Notes: a model not told the origin generated them from the letters alone. A stretch of 64,000 nt of DNA from Lachnospira sp. UBA2821 (GCA_002351535.1 DEGR01000048.1:21214-85213); one strand, 5' to 3'; positions 8,565-18,345 are shown, numbered from the stretch's first letter. A program made the numbers and translations.

Positions 8565-10102
8565 GATTTCACTTTTGATTTTATCTCTACTATTATTCCT
8601 ATATCTTTTACACTTTTTCCTTTTTCTATCATGTTATTGTAATCCGCAGGTGTTATTATTATCTTCTTCCCATCCACCTTAAAGTTACCATTCCAGCTCT
8701 GACTTATACTTACATCATCCTCTAATTCAATCTCTGATTTCCACCCCGATACATTGCTATCAGTATCATTGATAACTTCTATGTTATACTGACAATATTT
8801 CTTTCCATCAGCCTCCCATGAATTAACTAATTCAGATTTTGCCTTTAGTAAAACATTATCATTTATCTTTGTATCATCATTACTATTATTCTTATCGGCT
8901 GATTTATCTGACCCAGAGTTATCCTGTGATTTTGTTTCCTGTGATGCCTTTGGTACGTCCTCCACATCAATTTTTCCGTTCATCATATTCAGAAACCATT
9001 TTCCCGAATCACTCAGATCATCCTGTGTGAATCCGTTATTCTTATCACATGATGCTTTAAATATAGAGGATGTCTCATCTTTATTCGATATATTCCACAT
9101 AACATAACTTACATCATTCTTATTCATTATATCAAGCCATTTTCCGGCTTCGTTTTCATCTATTGCCCCACTGCCTGAAGCATCACATATTCCAAACTCA
9201 CTTACAAATACTGGAACACCTTTATCAATTGCCGACTGCATACGTTGTCTTATATCGTCCTTATGTGTTGCCGCATAGAAATGCAGTGTGTACATTATGT
9301 TGTCGTAACCCTCTATCGGATTGTCAGCCACCTCATCTGTATACTGACACCAGTTAGGTGTTCCAACAAGAATTACTCCGTCCTTATCATTGGCTCTTAT
9401 GACCTTTATTACCTGCTGTGCATAATCCTTTATGTCTTCCCATGTAGTTCCTCCGTTCGGCTCATTGCATATCTCGTATATAACGTTATCCGCATCTGAA
9501 TACTTCTTAGACATCTCATCAAAGAAACCTACTGCCTCATCTAAATGTGATTTGGGATTATTATCAGACAATGTATGCCAGTCTATTATTGTATACATAT
9601 CATTTTCAGTGGCATATTGAACACCTCTGTTAATCATTTCTTTCAAATCAGTCTGATTTCCCCCCGAGCAGTATCCATTATACTCTTCCGTATACATAGC
9701 AAATCTTATAACATTTATTCCAAAATCGTCATGGAGCTGTCTTATGAAATCCTGATTAATATAATCCGGAAACCACGCAATACCATGTGTACTTAACCCT
9801 CTTAACTGTACCGTATTACCGGATTTGTCTGTAAGCTTTGTGCCTGATACTTTAAGTGCTCCGGCATAAGAAGCCGTCGATGCCTTTGTTGTCTCTTCTT
9901 TTGCTTTTGTTTGCTTTTCTTTTGCTTTTGTTTGCTCCTCTGTTTCTTTTGTTGTTTTTTCCTTACCGGCATTCGATGATATATCCGTGCTCTTACTATG
10001 TACTTTATCTGTTTGTGAACATGCAGCAAATGTACATGCAAGCATTATTGTAAATATAATAACTACAGTTCTCTTTATAACTTTTTTCATAATAATCCTC
10101 AT
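8543..10102 (-). CDS. GH5 endoglucanase (cellulase A clan) lipoprotein with C-terminal CBM2-like domain
   Basis: Lipobox FAAC; GLSTHG, IIDWH, acid/base NEP (ICNEPNG), nucleophile VSEFG; C-terminal NSW...GW...SWNG pattern resembles CBM2. Confidence 0.88.
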   Translation of the reverse strand: MRIIMKKVIKRTVVIIFTIMLACTFAACSQTDKVHSKSTDISSNAGKEKTTKETEEQTKAKEKQTKAKEETTKASTASYAGALKVSGTKLTDKSGNTVQLRGLSTHGIAWFPDYINQDFIRQLHDDFGINVIRFAMYTEEYNGYCSGGNQTDLKEMINRGVQYATENDMYTIIDWHTLSDNNPKSHLDEAVGFFDEMSKKYSDADNVIYEICNEPNGGTTWEDIKDYAQQVIKVIRANDKDGVILVGTPNWCQYTDEVADNPIEGYDNIMYTLHFYAATHKDDIRQRMQSAIDKGVPVFVSEFGICDASGSGAIDENEAGKWLDIMNKNDVSYVMWNISNKDETSSIFKASCDKNNGFTQDDLSDSGKWFLNMMNGKIDVEDVPKASQETKSQDNSGSDKSADKNNSNDDTKINDNVLLKAKSELVNSWEADGKKYCQYNIEVINDTDSNVSGWKSEIELEDDVSISQSWNGNFKVDGKKIIITPADYNNMIEKGKSVKDIGIIVEIKSKVKSKTGVNV

Positions 10103-10124
10103 TCCTGCTCTATTTTATCCCACC

Positions 10125-10229
10125 TTACATATCTTCTTCCGTATAAAATGTTCCTGACATTTGGGCATTTATCTCCGCTATCTCCCGTTTTCCATTAATA
10201 TAATCCGCATAAATATCCAATAAATCCAT
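10125..10229 (-). CDS. Candidate 34-aa small protein
   Basis: Manual translation MDLLDIYADYINGKREIAEINAQMSGTFYTEEDM*; GAGGG SD 7 nt upstream of the ATG. Confidence 0.45.
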   Translation of the reverse strand: MDLLDIYADYINGKREIAEINAQMSGTFYTEEDM

Positions 10230-10405
10230 ATCTTTTCCCTCATCCTTTACCCCTATGGCTTTTTTAATATAAACTGTAATCCCAAATAGTTACATTTATT
10301 TTAAAAATACAAATTTATCGATTAGAAAAAATATAAATGTAAAATACAAGTATATAATACCATATTATCTGTGTCCTGTCACTTTTATATCTGTTCCATA
10401 CAGCA

Positions 10406-10446
10406 AAACCGGCATAGAATTCATTGAATGAATTCTATGCCGGTTT
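10406..10446 (-). terminator. Terminator of alpha-amylase gene
   Basis: 20-bp perfect inverted repeat aaaccggcatagaattcatt/aatgaattctatgccggttt. Confidence 0.75.
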
Positions 10447-10473
10447 AAGTACACTCATATCATTATATTACAT

Positions 10474-12504
10474 CTATATAACCTTATATGTAATAGTCTT
10501 TGTAACTACTTTACCAAGCCCGTCCATAGCAGATACGCTTATCTTATATGTACCTTTTTTCTTTGGTGTGAAGCTTACGCTTCTGGCTGTTGAATAATTC
10601 TTTATTACTGTTGTCTTTGAACCTGATTTGTAAGAATATTTGTATTTTACAGTTCCTGTTCCACCTGATTTTGCAACTGTCAGTTTAATCTTTTTATTTA
10701 CCTTTGATTTGTTTGATTTATTGTTAGTCTTAAATGACGATATCTTAAGGTCAGATGTAACATTGTGTGTTATTGACTTAGCTACTTCATTTTCACCCTG
10801 TTTAGCATATACGGTAAATGTATATTTTCCAATTTTTGAAGGTTTCCATGTAATCTGTGTGCTGGTACTATAATTCTTAATAACTGTTGTCTTGCTTCCT
10901 GACTTAACTGTGTATTTGTACTGGACACCATTTCCTGACACATTTGCCGTAAGAACCACGTTACTTCCTGACACTTTCTTTGACAGCTTATTAAATGTAA
11001 ATACATTCTCATCATCAGCAAGATTATATATTACGGCAATTCCTGATTTTCCAATCTTTCCTGTTAATTTACCGCCGGATACTTTAAATACATTTCCTGT
11101 AATTCTGTCTTTATATACTCCATCTGACATAAGTGACATTTTCTGATTTACGTCTGCAGTATAATTTTTACAGTTAACCACTACTACACCTGTCTGACCA
11201 TCTGATTTCTGTCTCTCAACAAATAACATATCAACATTATCTGTCGATACATTTTCCTTAGCTGACGTAAAATAATTGTGGAATCTGTTAACCGCTGCAA
11301 CTTCTTCATCCTGCCAGCCTGTATTAGATGCATCTCCCATCATTGTACCTGACATACTCTGTGGTCTTGCAAAATAAAGTGGTGTTTCTTTCGCCCTTGC
11401 CGCACTGAATGCCCATGATAATTCGATGACACTTTCCTTTACATTTTTGGTGCTTCCGTCATCATTAGCATATGTATCATGTGATTCAGCCCATACTATA
11501 GGATATCTTCCGGAATTGTTATTCTCCGGATATGTATAATCCGACATAGATACTATCATCGCACATCCCTGCTGGTTAATAAAGCTTGTATTTGAATCAC
11601 TGTAACCTGAGTCTGTAACTGAGAGATAATCTGTATATCCTGTTATATCTGTCCTAGGATTATTAAGAATTTCTCCATAACAGTATAAATCAATATTTCT
11701 TGATTCCTTAGCATAATCTGTAGCCGCATTTATTACATTTGGCCAGAAGTCACTTGCATATGATGCGTCATCCTTAGGTGTCTCAATATGTTTTGCAGAG
11801 TCGAATCTGAATCCGTCTGCTCCCGCATCTATACATTCTTTCATGAATGCAACTGTATAATTCTGTATCTTTGAACTTCCTGTATTTAAGTCCGGAAGCT
11901 TACCTGAACAATACTGTGTAAGCTGCATTCTGTTATTATAATCTGATACTGCTATTTTATCCTTATGCCAGCAGTCTGCATCATTCAAAATGTCTGCAAG
12001 ACATTTATCACTTGGCTTACACTCATTACCCGCAAGATGATTAGGAACAATATCTACTATAACCTTTATTCCATATTCGTGTGCTTTCTCACACATTTTA
12101 ATAAATTCATCTTTTGTTCCGAGTGCACTCTGACCGGAATTATCAATACTGAAATCAACAGGCTGATATAACCAGTACCATTTGTCCTTAACTTTACCTG
12201 TTGTTCCCATGAATGCTGTCTGTATAGGCGAAGTCTGAACTGACGAATAACCAAGTGATGCGATTTTCTCCATATTCTCAGCTATTGTATTAAATGACCA
12301 GTTCCAGCACTGAAGAATAACTCCATCCTGTACATTGTCCTGAATTCCATACTGTTCTTTTTTGCTCTGTGTATTTTCCTCTGCATTGGCAGTAACCATA
12401 CCGGCTTCTATACCATACCCTGCCGGTATACTTGTAAATGTCATTGCAACAGCTAATGCTGCTCCGACCAGTTTTAAATAACTTTTTCTCATACTAATCC
12501 TCAT
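10474..12504 (-). CDS. Secreted GH13 alpha-amylase with two C-terminal Y_Y_Y/Ig-like repeats
   Basis: Signal peptide; GH13 regions DIVPNH, GFRFDSAKH, YGEIL, AESHD; two similar repeats containing YKY..KSGSKTTVIKNYST. Confidence 0.88.
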   Translation of the reverse strand: MRISMRKSYLKLVGAALAVAMTFTSIPAGYGIEAGMVTANAEENTQSKKEQYGIQDNVQDGVILQCWNWSFNTIAENMEKIASLGYSSVQTSPIQTAFMGTTGKVKDKWYWLYQPVDFSIDNSGQSALGTKDEFIKMCEKAHEYGIKVIVDIVPNHLAGNECKPSDKCLADILNDADCWHKDKIAVSDYNNRMQLTQYCSGKLPDLNTGSSKIQNYTVAFMKECIDAGADGFRFDSAKHIETPKDDASYASDFWPNVINAATDYAKESRNIDLYCYGEILNNPRTDITGYTDYLSVTDSGYSDSNTSFINQQGCAMIVSMSDYTYPENNNSGRYPIVWAESHDTYANDDGSTKNVKESVIELSWAFSAARAKETPLYFARPQSMSGTMMGDASNTGWQDEEVAAVNRFHNYFTSAKENVSTDNVDMLFVERQKSDGQTGVVVVNCKNYTADVNQKMSLMSDGVYKDRITGNVFKVSGGKLTGKIGKSGIAVIYNLADDENVFTFNKLSKKVSGSNVVLTANVSGNGVQYKYTVKSGSKTTVIKNYSTSTQITWKPSKIGKYTFTVYAKQGENEVAKSITHNVTSDLKISSFKTNNKSNKSKVNKKIKLTVAKSGGTGTVKYKYSYKSGSKTTVIKNYSTARSVSFTPKKKGTYKISVSAMDGLGKVVTKTITYKVI

Positions 12505-12523
12505 TTCTTAGCAATTTCTATTC

Positions 12524-12862
12524 CTATAACCAGTCTTCCTGATTATCACTTACTTCATAATCCAGACAGCTTCTTGATGCCATGTATGGACGTACTTTTC
12601 CATTGGCAACTTCAACATGTGCCGGATGAACTGAATATCCTTTAAGTGCTTCTGCATTCTCAAAAGTAGAATCAAGCATAAGGTCTGCCGTTGACGATTC
12701 AAGCGACTCTGTCTGTACATGAATGTCTATAAGTCCCGGCACAACGCCCTTAAGTCCTTCCAGTCCTTGTTTTACCCCAAGCCTGATGCTTTCTTTCTCA
12801 GTCTCTGAATATTCTTCCTTAATCTTCCATAAAATAATATGCTTAACCATACTAATCTCCAT
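12524..12862 (-). CDS. Dabb (stress-responsive A/B barrel) family protein
   Basis: MVKHIILWK...Y..HPAH pattern; likely start 12850. Confidence 0.85.
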   Translation of the reverse strand: MEISMVKHIILWKIKEEYSETEKESIRLGVKQGLEGLKGVVPGLIDIHVQTESLESSTADLMLDSTFENAEALKGYSVHPAHVEVANGKVRPYMASRSCLDYEVSDNQEDWL

Positions 12863-12898
12863 TCCGCAGACGCTATGCGTCCATTTCTGAATTTAATT

Positions 12899-13501
12899 TT
12901 AATCCATTGCTTTCTTAATTGCCGCCATAAGTTCATCATATGTATCAAATGCTTCCAATTCAGGATTATCAGCCTTAATCTTGTCTGTACTCTTAAATAA
13001 GAATCCTGCCTTACTTGCTTTAATCATACCTAAATCGTTATAGCTGTCACCACTTGCTATAGTGTCATATCCTATTGACTGTAAAGCCTTCACAGTTGTA
13101 TACTTCGAATTCTCTATTCTCATCTTAAATCCTGTTATCTCACCGTCATCTGCAACTTCAAGTGAATTACAGAATATAGTTGGCCATCCTAATTTCTCCA
13201 TAAGCGGACTTGCAAACTGTGTAAATGTATCACTTATAATAATTACCTGTGTAAAAGAACGAAGCTCATCTAAGAATTCTTTTGCTCCCGGAATAGGGTC
13301 AATCTTCTTAATTGTCTCCTGTATTTCTTTAAGTCCAAGACCATGTTCTTTTAAAACACCAAGTCTCCATGTCATTAATTTATCATAATCCGGCTCATCT
13401 CTTGTCGTTCTTTTAAGTTCAGGAATTCCACTTGCCTCTGCAAATGCTATCCAAATCTCAGGTACTAAAACTCCCTCTAAGTCTAAACATGTAATGTACA
13501 T
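12899..13501 (-). CDS. thrH: Phosphoserine phosphatase / homoserine phosphotransferase (HAD)
   Basis: CLDLEGVLVPEIWI, TTRDEPDYD and GDSYNDLGM motifs. Confidence 0.93.
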   Translation of the reverse strand: MYITCLDLEGVLVPEIWIAFAEASGIPELKRTTRDEPDYDKLMTWRLGVLKEHGLGLKEIQETIKKIDPIPGAKEFLDELRSFTQVIIISDTFTQFASPLMEKLGWPTIFCNSLEVADDGEITGFKMRIENSKYTTVKALQSIGYDTIASGDSYNDLGMIKASKAGFLFKSTDKIKADNPELEAFDTYDELMAAIKKAMD

Positions 13502-13583
13502 AAAACTATCCTTTCCTTTCTGTTTGTAAATATCACACTAATTCTAAACTAATTTTGTATAATGGTCAACAGATTACACAAAA

Positions 13584-13634
13584 ATTTGCGCAGACCGCCA
13601 TATCAGCCTAAGCTGATTAACTGCCTGCGCAAAT
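13584..13634. terminator. Nested hairpin after agrB, probable terminator or stabilising element
   Basis: Outer stem atttgcgcag/ctgcgcaaat and inner stem atcagc/gctgat. Confidence 0.5.
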
Positions 13635-13681
13635 CTTATACGTTCCTAAACCCTTCTATTCTTACAACTTATCCACATTCT

Positions 13682-14257
13682 CTAAATTGCAGTTCCATGA
13701 AATAAAAGTCCCGTAATCTGTGAAATTCCAAGCACAACATGTGCCAGTATAATGCATGTCGCAATATCACCCAAATGAAATACTGTACATATAACCGCTA
13801 TAAGCGTTTCCAAGCACCATATAATAAGTGCTTTTCTTCTATATACAGTCCGCTCAATTCTGTCAAGTGGTTTATTCACCGACTCTACCGGGGATAAAAG
13901 TATAATAATCAGTCCCGACACTGTTAACATTATTAATCCGGCATTATAACATACTTCAATATATTTCATTATAAGAAGTACAATTGTGATTACCGTAACA
14001 GTCAGTAAATAACATCTTAAAGGAGTTGACGCATGATACCCGCCTGCATATTCCCTAAGTGCCATAAATGCCATTAAAAATATTATGCCATACAGCACAT
14101 TTTCTATAGCAACACCAATAATTATAATTGTAATAACATCTATTATATTGGTAAGTATCTGCTCAATTCCATATTCATAAATTTCATAGTCTGCAGCCTC
14201 GATTACTTCATTGCGAAGTAATCTGGCTGCAATTTTTTCAGATAGTATTTTAACCAT
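13682..14257 (-). CDS. agrB: Accessory gene regulator B family peptide-processing membrane protein
   Basis: LREYAGGYHA...C motif, P..NKPL; directly downstream of agrD. Confidence 0.9.
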   Translation of the reverse strand: MVKILSEKIAARLLRNEVIEAADYEIYEYGIEQILTNIIDVITIIIIGVAIENVLYGIIFLMAFMALREYAGGYHASTPLRCYLLTVTVITIVLLIMKYIEVCYNAGLIMLTVSGLIIILLSPVESVNKPLDRIERTVYRRKALIIWCLETLIAVICTVFHLGDIATCIILAHVVLGISQITGLLFHGTAI

Positions 14258-14399
14258 TACGTCTGCTCAGCTTCTTAACTTTTTCCGGCAGCCGTGGCTG
14301 GTAAAAAAAGTATGTACATGTAGCATCTGCACTCCTCTTAGCTGCTACATAAGCTGATTTCATAATAATCTTGTCAAATGTGTTTTTACCCTTTTTCAT
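14250..14399 (-). CDS. agrD: Cyclic (thio)lactone autoinducer peptide precursor
   Basis: Absent from ORF track (49 aa). Translation MKKGKNTFDKIIMKSAYVAAKRSADATCTYFFYQPRLPEKVKKLSRRNG*; Cys-X4 ring followed by YQP..P; AAGGAG SD; overlaps agrB start. Confidence 0.9.
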   Translation of the reverse strand: MKKGKNTFDKIIMKSAYVAAKRSADATCTYFFYQPRLPEKVKKLSRRNG

Positions 14400-14402
14400 T
14401 TT

Positions 14403-14436
14403 TTATTATCTCCTTTCTCGAACAAGGAGATAATAA
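14403..14436 (-). promoter_or_regulatory. 13-bp stem-loop containing the agrD Shine-Dalgarno sequence
   Basis: ttattatctcctt (14403-14415) and aaggagataataa (14424-14436) are a perfect inverted repeat. Confidence 0.7.
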
Positions 14437-14462
14437 CACATTTTTTTAATCTGTGCCGTTAG

Positions 14463-14492
14463 TTGTAAAAAATAGTAGGTTTTTTGTAAAAA
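14463..14492 (-). promoter_or_regulatory. Putative LytTR (AgrA) binding direct repeat
   Basis: Minus-strand TTTTTACAA twice with a 12-nt spacer (21-nt period), between agrC stop and agrD. Confidence 0.45.
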
Positions 14493-14493
14493 T

Positions 14494-15780
14494 TTACAGT
14501 TTTTCAGTCTCAACATACAGATATGCCTCAACTTTAAACTCTTTTTCATCATAATTTATGTTAAGATAACCATTATTTTCATTTACCGCCGTCTCAACAT
14601 TTTGTAATCCGATTCCATGAAATTCTTTATTTTGTTTTGAGGTAACCACTTTTCCTTTTTTTGTGTTTACCATACCATTGTAATTATTAATTACCTCGAT
14701 ACTTAGAAGCCCTTTTAAATATATTATTTTGATTTTTATATACGGATTATCAATTTTCTTTCCTGCTTCAATTGCATTATCTAATAGATTACTTAGAATC
14801 GTAACTATTATTTCTGCATCACTTACAATGTGAACCGGAACAGAAATATTAGTAAATATTTTAACATTATTGTCTTTTGCAACACTTAACTTATAATTAA
14901 GAATGCTGTCAATTGCAATATTTCCTGTATCACTAAACATTACTGTCTTTTGTAATCTGTGAGTAATTCCTTCAATGTATTGTTTTATTTCAGGATTATT
15001 GTCACCTGCCATACCTGCAAGACTATACAGATGATTGTTAATATCGTGCCTGAATTCACTTAATTCTTTATTCTTGACCTGCAGCATTTCTGCCTGTCTG
15101 TAATAATAATTCTTCTCCAATTCAAATATCCTTGAGTGCATTTTTTCTTTGTAATTCTTTGATATTGTGTCATATAAAAATATTATAATGAATAATACAA
15201 TCAGCATACATACTACAGATAATATTTTTACACTGTTGTCTATATGCTGCTGTCTGAATATCGTTGTCTCAAGAATAAATATAATTACACATAATAGAAG
15301 TATTACTGCACCGAATTCCACAGTAAGATTAAATTCTTTGTCTATATTTTTAAATGCTCTTATTGTCTCATATATTAATGCAAGCACTATCGATATTCCC
15401 ACACATACAAACGCAGCGCCCGTATTTCCCTGTGATTCAATATCTACATGGGCGATTGCAACAATTCCTGCAAGCACTGCTTCTGCCGTAAATAAACTCA
15501 TAAGAATTATAACAGATACAACAAGCTTTTTTATGTGCGTTCCTCCATAACATACAGATATTATAATAAGTGTCAGAAGTCCAACCGCTGTATTAAGTAA
15601 CGGATATGGGAATAAAGTATATTGCACCGTACATACAACAAGTCTCAATATGTATGCTCCTAAAGTATATAACTTAGGATTACCGTCATCACCCAAAAAC
15701 ATCTCCATACACTGTGATATCATATATAGTTCAAAAAATGTTGATATAAAATATGCTATCCAGTATAATATCTCTCCCAT
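14494..15780 (-). CDS. agrC: AgrC-like membrane sensor histidine kinase (GHKL)
   Basis: Multi-TM N-terminus; H-box FRHDINNHL; N-box NLLDNAIEA; G-box HGIGL. Confidence 0.85.
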   Translation of the reverse strand: MGEILYWIAYFISTFFELYMISQCMEMFLGDDGNPKLYTLGAYILRLVVCTVQYTLFPYPLLNTAVGLLTLIIISVCYGGTHIKKLVVSVIILMSLFTAEAVLAGIVAIAHVDIESQGNTGAAFVCVGISIVLALIYETIRAFKNIDKEFNLTVEFGAVILLLCVIIFILETTIFRQQHIDNSVKILSVVCMLIVLFIIIFLYDTISKNYKEKMHSRIFELEKNYYYRQAEMLQVKNKELSEFRHDINNHLYSLAGMAGDNNPEIKQYIEGITHRLQKTVMFSDTGNIAIDSILNYKLSVAKDNNVKIFTNISVPVHIVSDAEIIVTILSNLLDNAIEAGKKIDNPYIKIKIIYLKGLLSIEVINNYNGMVNTKKGKVVTSKQNKEFHGIGLQNVETAVNENNGYLNINYDEKEFKVEAYLYVETEKL

Positions 15781-16508
15781 TACCTTTCCTCCATATTCAT
15801 ATTCATATTTATATACATATCACGTATTTCTTTTCTTCTTGACTGACTTATTGAAAACTGCATATCATCAGTCATTACAATATAATCATATCTGATGTTT
15901 TTGATATATCTCGGATTAACCATGTATGACTTATGGATAAATAAAAAACCATATTTTTTCACCTGTTCATATATCTTTTCCAATGAATCATAATATTCTT
16001 CACATCCGTCTATAGTATACATTTTGACTTTTCTGCTGTTTCTTACAAAATATTTAATTCTCGACACTTCAATCTTATGGAAAGTCCGTCCTATTCTGTA
16101 TCTGTACAGACTTCCCCTTTCACAGTTTACCTTAACATATGCATCTATTACTTTCTGCACCTTTTCTTTGTCAAGCGGCTTAATAAGGAAATTAATTGGT
16201 CTGCTGTCAAACAGTTCCATGGCATAACCCTGTTCCGATGATATATATGCTATCTGTGTAATCTCATCTTTCCTGATTTCTCTTATATATCTTCCCACTT
16301 CTACGCCATCTTTTCCCGGCATCTGTATATCAAGAAATATTAAGTCATAATCTGTCCTGTTCAATTCATCACACAGTTCTTCCCCGGAATAAAACACATC
16401 AATAACAAAATTGTGTGATTCCTCATTATTTAATTGTATAAGTATATTTTCAAGCTGAAATCCTATTTCAATCTCGTCATCACATATTGCTATCTTTATG
16501 TCCATCAC
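15780..16508 (-). CDS. agrA: LytTR-family response regulator
   Basis: REC domain (IAICDDE, FLDIQM, FLIKP) and LytTR domain (FLFIHKSYMVN). Confidence 0.85.
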   Translation of the reverse strand: MMDIKIAICDDEIEIGFQLENILIQLNNEESHNFVIDVFYSGEELCDELNRTDYDLIFLDIQMPGKDGVEVGRYIREIRKDEITQIAYISSEQGYAMELFDSRPINFLIKPLDKEKVQKVIDAYVKVNCERGSLYRYRIGRTFHKIEVSRIKYFVRNSRKVKMYTIDGCEEYYDSLEKIYEQVKKYGFLFIHKSYMVNPRYIKNIRYDYIVMTDDMQFSISQSRRKEIRDMYINMNMNMEER

Positions 16509-16537
16509 TTATCTCCATGACTAATGATATATTACGT

Positions 16538-17821
16538 TTATCCTTTAATTGTTACAAAATGAAATTGTTTCTTTCCGGTCGCATAATCATCCACTATATG
16601 TCCATCACCAAAAAGTTTATATTTGTAGCTTACAAGTCCTTCGAGACCAACCGGACCTCTTGCATGAAGTTTTCCTGTACTTATTCCCACTTCAGCACCA
16701 AATCCATATCTGTAACCATCCGCAAATCTTGTTGAACAGTTCTTATATACTCCGGCCGAATCCACCAGTCTCATAAATTCTTCTGTTGCCTCTTCATTCT
16801 CCGTTATTATGCAGTCAGTATGATGTGAACCGTAATAATTTATGTGGTCAATTGCCTCTTCGATACTATCAACAACTTTAGCTGATATAATATAATCAAG
16901 ATACTCTTTCTTATCATCTTCATCTGTCGAAGGCTTACATTCAACTAACTCTTTTATTGCAGCACTTCCACGCAGCTCCACATTGTTCTTCTTTAATTCC
17001 TCTGCAAGAACAGGCATCAGTTTAGCTGCTATATCTTTATGTACTAAAAGTGTCTCCACTGTATTACATGCCGATACATACTGTGTCTTTGCATCAATAA
17101 TAATAGGCACAGCCTTTTCTATATCCGCATCTTTATCAACATATATATGACATATTCCGTCAGCATGCCCCATAACAGGTATCTTCGTATTATTCATAAT
17201 ATACTGTACAAATGCATTGGAGCCTCTTGGAATAAGCAGGTCAACATAACCATTGCACTCTAACAATTCTGATATCTCTGAACGTGCTTCAAGCTGTAAC
17301 ATACATTTATCAGGAAGCCCTGCCCCCTTAACAGCATCATATATTATTCCAAATAATGTCCTGTTGCTTTTTAATGCTTCACTTCCGCCCTTAAGTATAA
17401 CACAGTTACCACTTTTTATGCATAAAGCTGATATCTGGACAAGTGCATCAGGCCTTGCTTCAAATATTACGCCTATTACACCTATAGGGCATGATTCTCT
17501 GTATAACTTAAGTCCCTCATCAAGTTCTCTTTCTAACTGTGTTTTAAATAAAGGATCAGGAAGATTAATAAGATCTTTTATACCTGCAACCACATCTCTT
17601 AACTTAACCTCATCAAATTTGAGACGCTTAAGAATAGGTGCTGCCACGCCATCCTTCTTTGCCTGTTCGATATCCTGTCTGTTCGCCTCAAATATTTCAT
17701 CTTTTTTATCCATCAGTGCTTCAGCAACCCTGTTTAAGGCATTATTTCTTGTCTCTTCACTGCAACCCGACATTTTTGGTGATGCAAGCTTTACTAATCT
17801 TATTTCCTCCTGAATGTTCAT
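16538..17821 (-). CDS. proA: Gamma-glutamyl phosphate reductase
   Basis: GVIGVIFEARP, SACNTVETLL, STRFADGYRYGFGAEVGISTGKLHARGPVGL. Confidence 0.96.
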   Translation of the reverse strand: MNIQEEIRLVKLASPKMSGCSEETRNNALNRVAEALMDKKDEIFEANRQDIEQAKKDGVAAPILKRLKFDEVKLRDVVAGIKDLINLPDPLFKTQLERELDEGLKLYRESCPIGVIGVIFEARPDALVQISALCIKSGNCVILKGGSEALKSNRTLFGIIYDAVKGAGLPDKCMLQLEARSEISELLECNGYVDLLIPRGSNAFVQYIMNNTKIPVMGHADGICHIYVDKDADIEKAVPIIIDAKTQYVSACNTVETLLVHKDIAAKLMPVLAEELKKNNVELRGSAAIKELVECKPSTDEDDKKEYLDYIISAKVVDSIEEAIDHINYYGSHHTDCIITENEEATEEFMRLVDSAGVYKNCSTRFADGYRYGFGAEVGISTGKLHARGPVGLEGLVSYKYKLFGDGHIVDDYATGKKQFHFVTIKG

Positions 17822-18318
17822 CTGTTATTCCTTCCTTTCATATAATTAATCATAATCCATCTGGCTCTGCAGTCTGCCATTCCTGTTAATGCTCCAAGCG
17901 TATCTATAATAACATCTCTTATCTGAGGACTTCTTCCTCCTACAAACATCTGATGAAATTCATCTCCCGCTGCATACAATCCACATAACAGTACAATAAT
18001 AAATCCTGTCTTCCATGTAATAACTCCATTATCCGTAAATGTAGCAGCAAAAAGCATTACTAATTCAGCCAGTATTGCATATTCCGTAAAATGTGCAAGC
18101 TTCCGGATAACAAAATTGCATGTTTCAAATATCCTGACTGACATATCGTATGGCAAGTCATTATACTGTGGATAAAAAATATTTAGCAATAGTCTCGTAA
18201 CACCACCACTCGTTCCTGCCGACTGTGTTCCGGTCTTAGCAGAAAATGAATATATAATCCCCATCCACAGTATAGCAAGTATACCATATATTACACGTTT
18301 TATCATCCTTGTGCCCAT
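17818..18318 (-). CDS. VanZ family membrane protein
   Basis: IRKLAHFTEY and DEFHQMFVGGRS..DV motifs. Confidence 0.88.
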   Translation of the reverse strand: MGTRMIKRVIYGILAILWMGIIYSFSAKTGTQSAGTSGGVTRLLLNIFYPQYNDLPYDMSVRIFETCNFVIRKLAHFTEYAILAELVMLFAATFTDNGVITWKTGFIIVLLCGLYAAGDEFHQMFVGGRSPQIRDVIIDTLGALTGMADCRARWIMINYMKGRNNR

Positions 18319-18345
18319 CTTATTCCCCGTTTCACCGCTGTTTCT

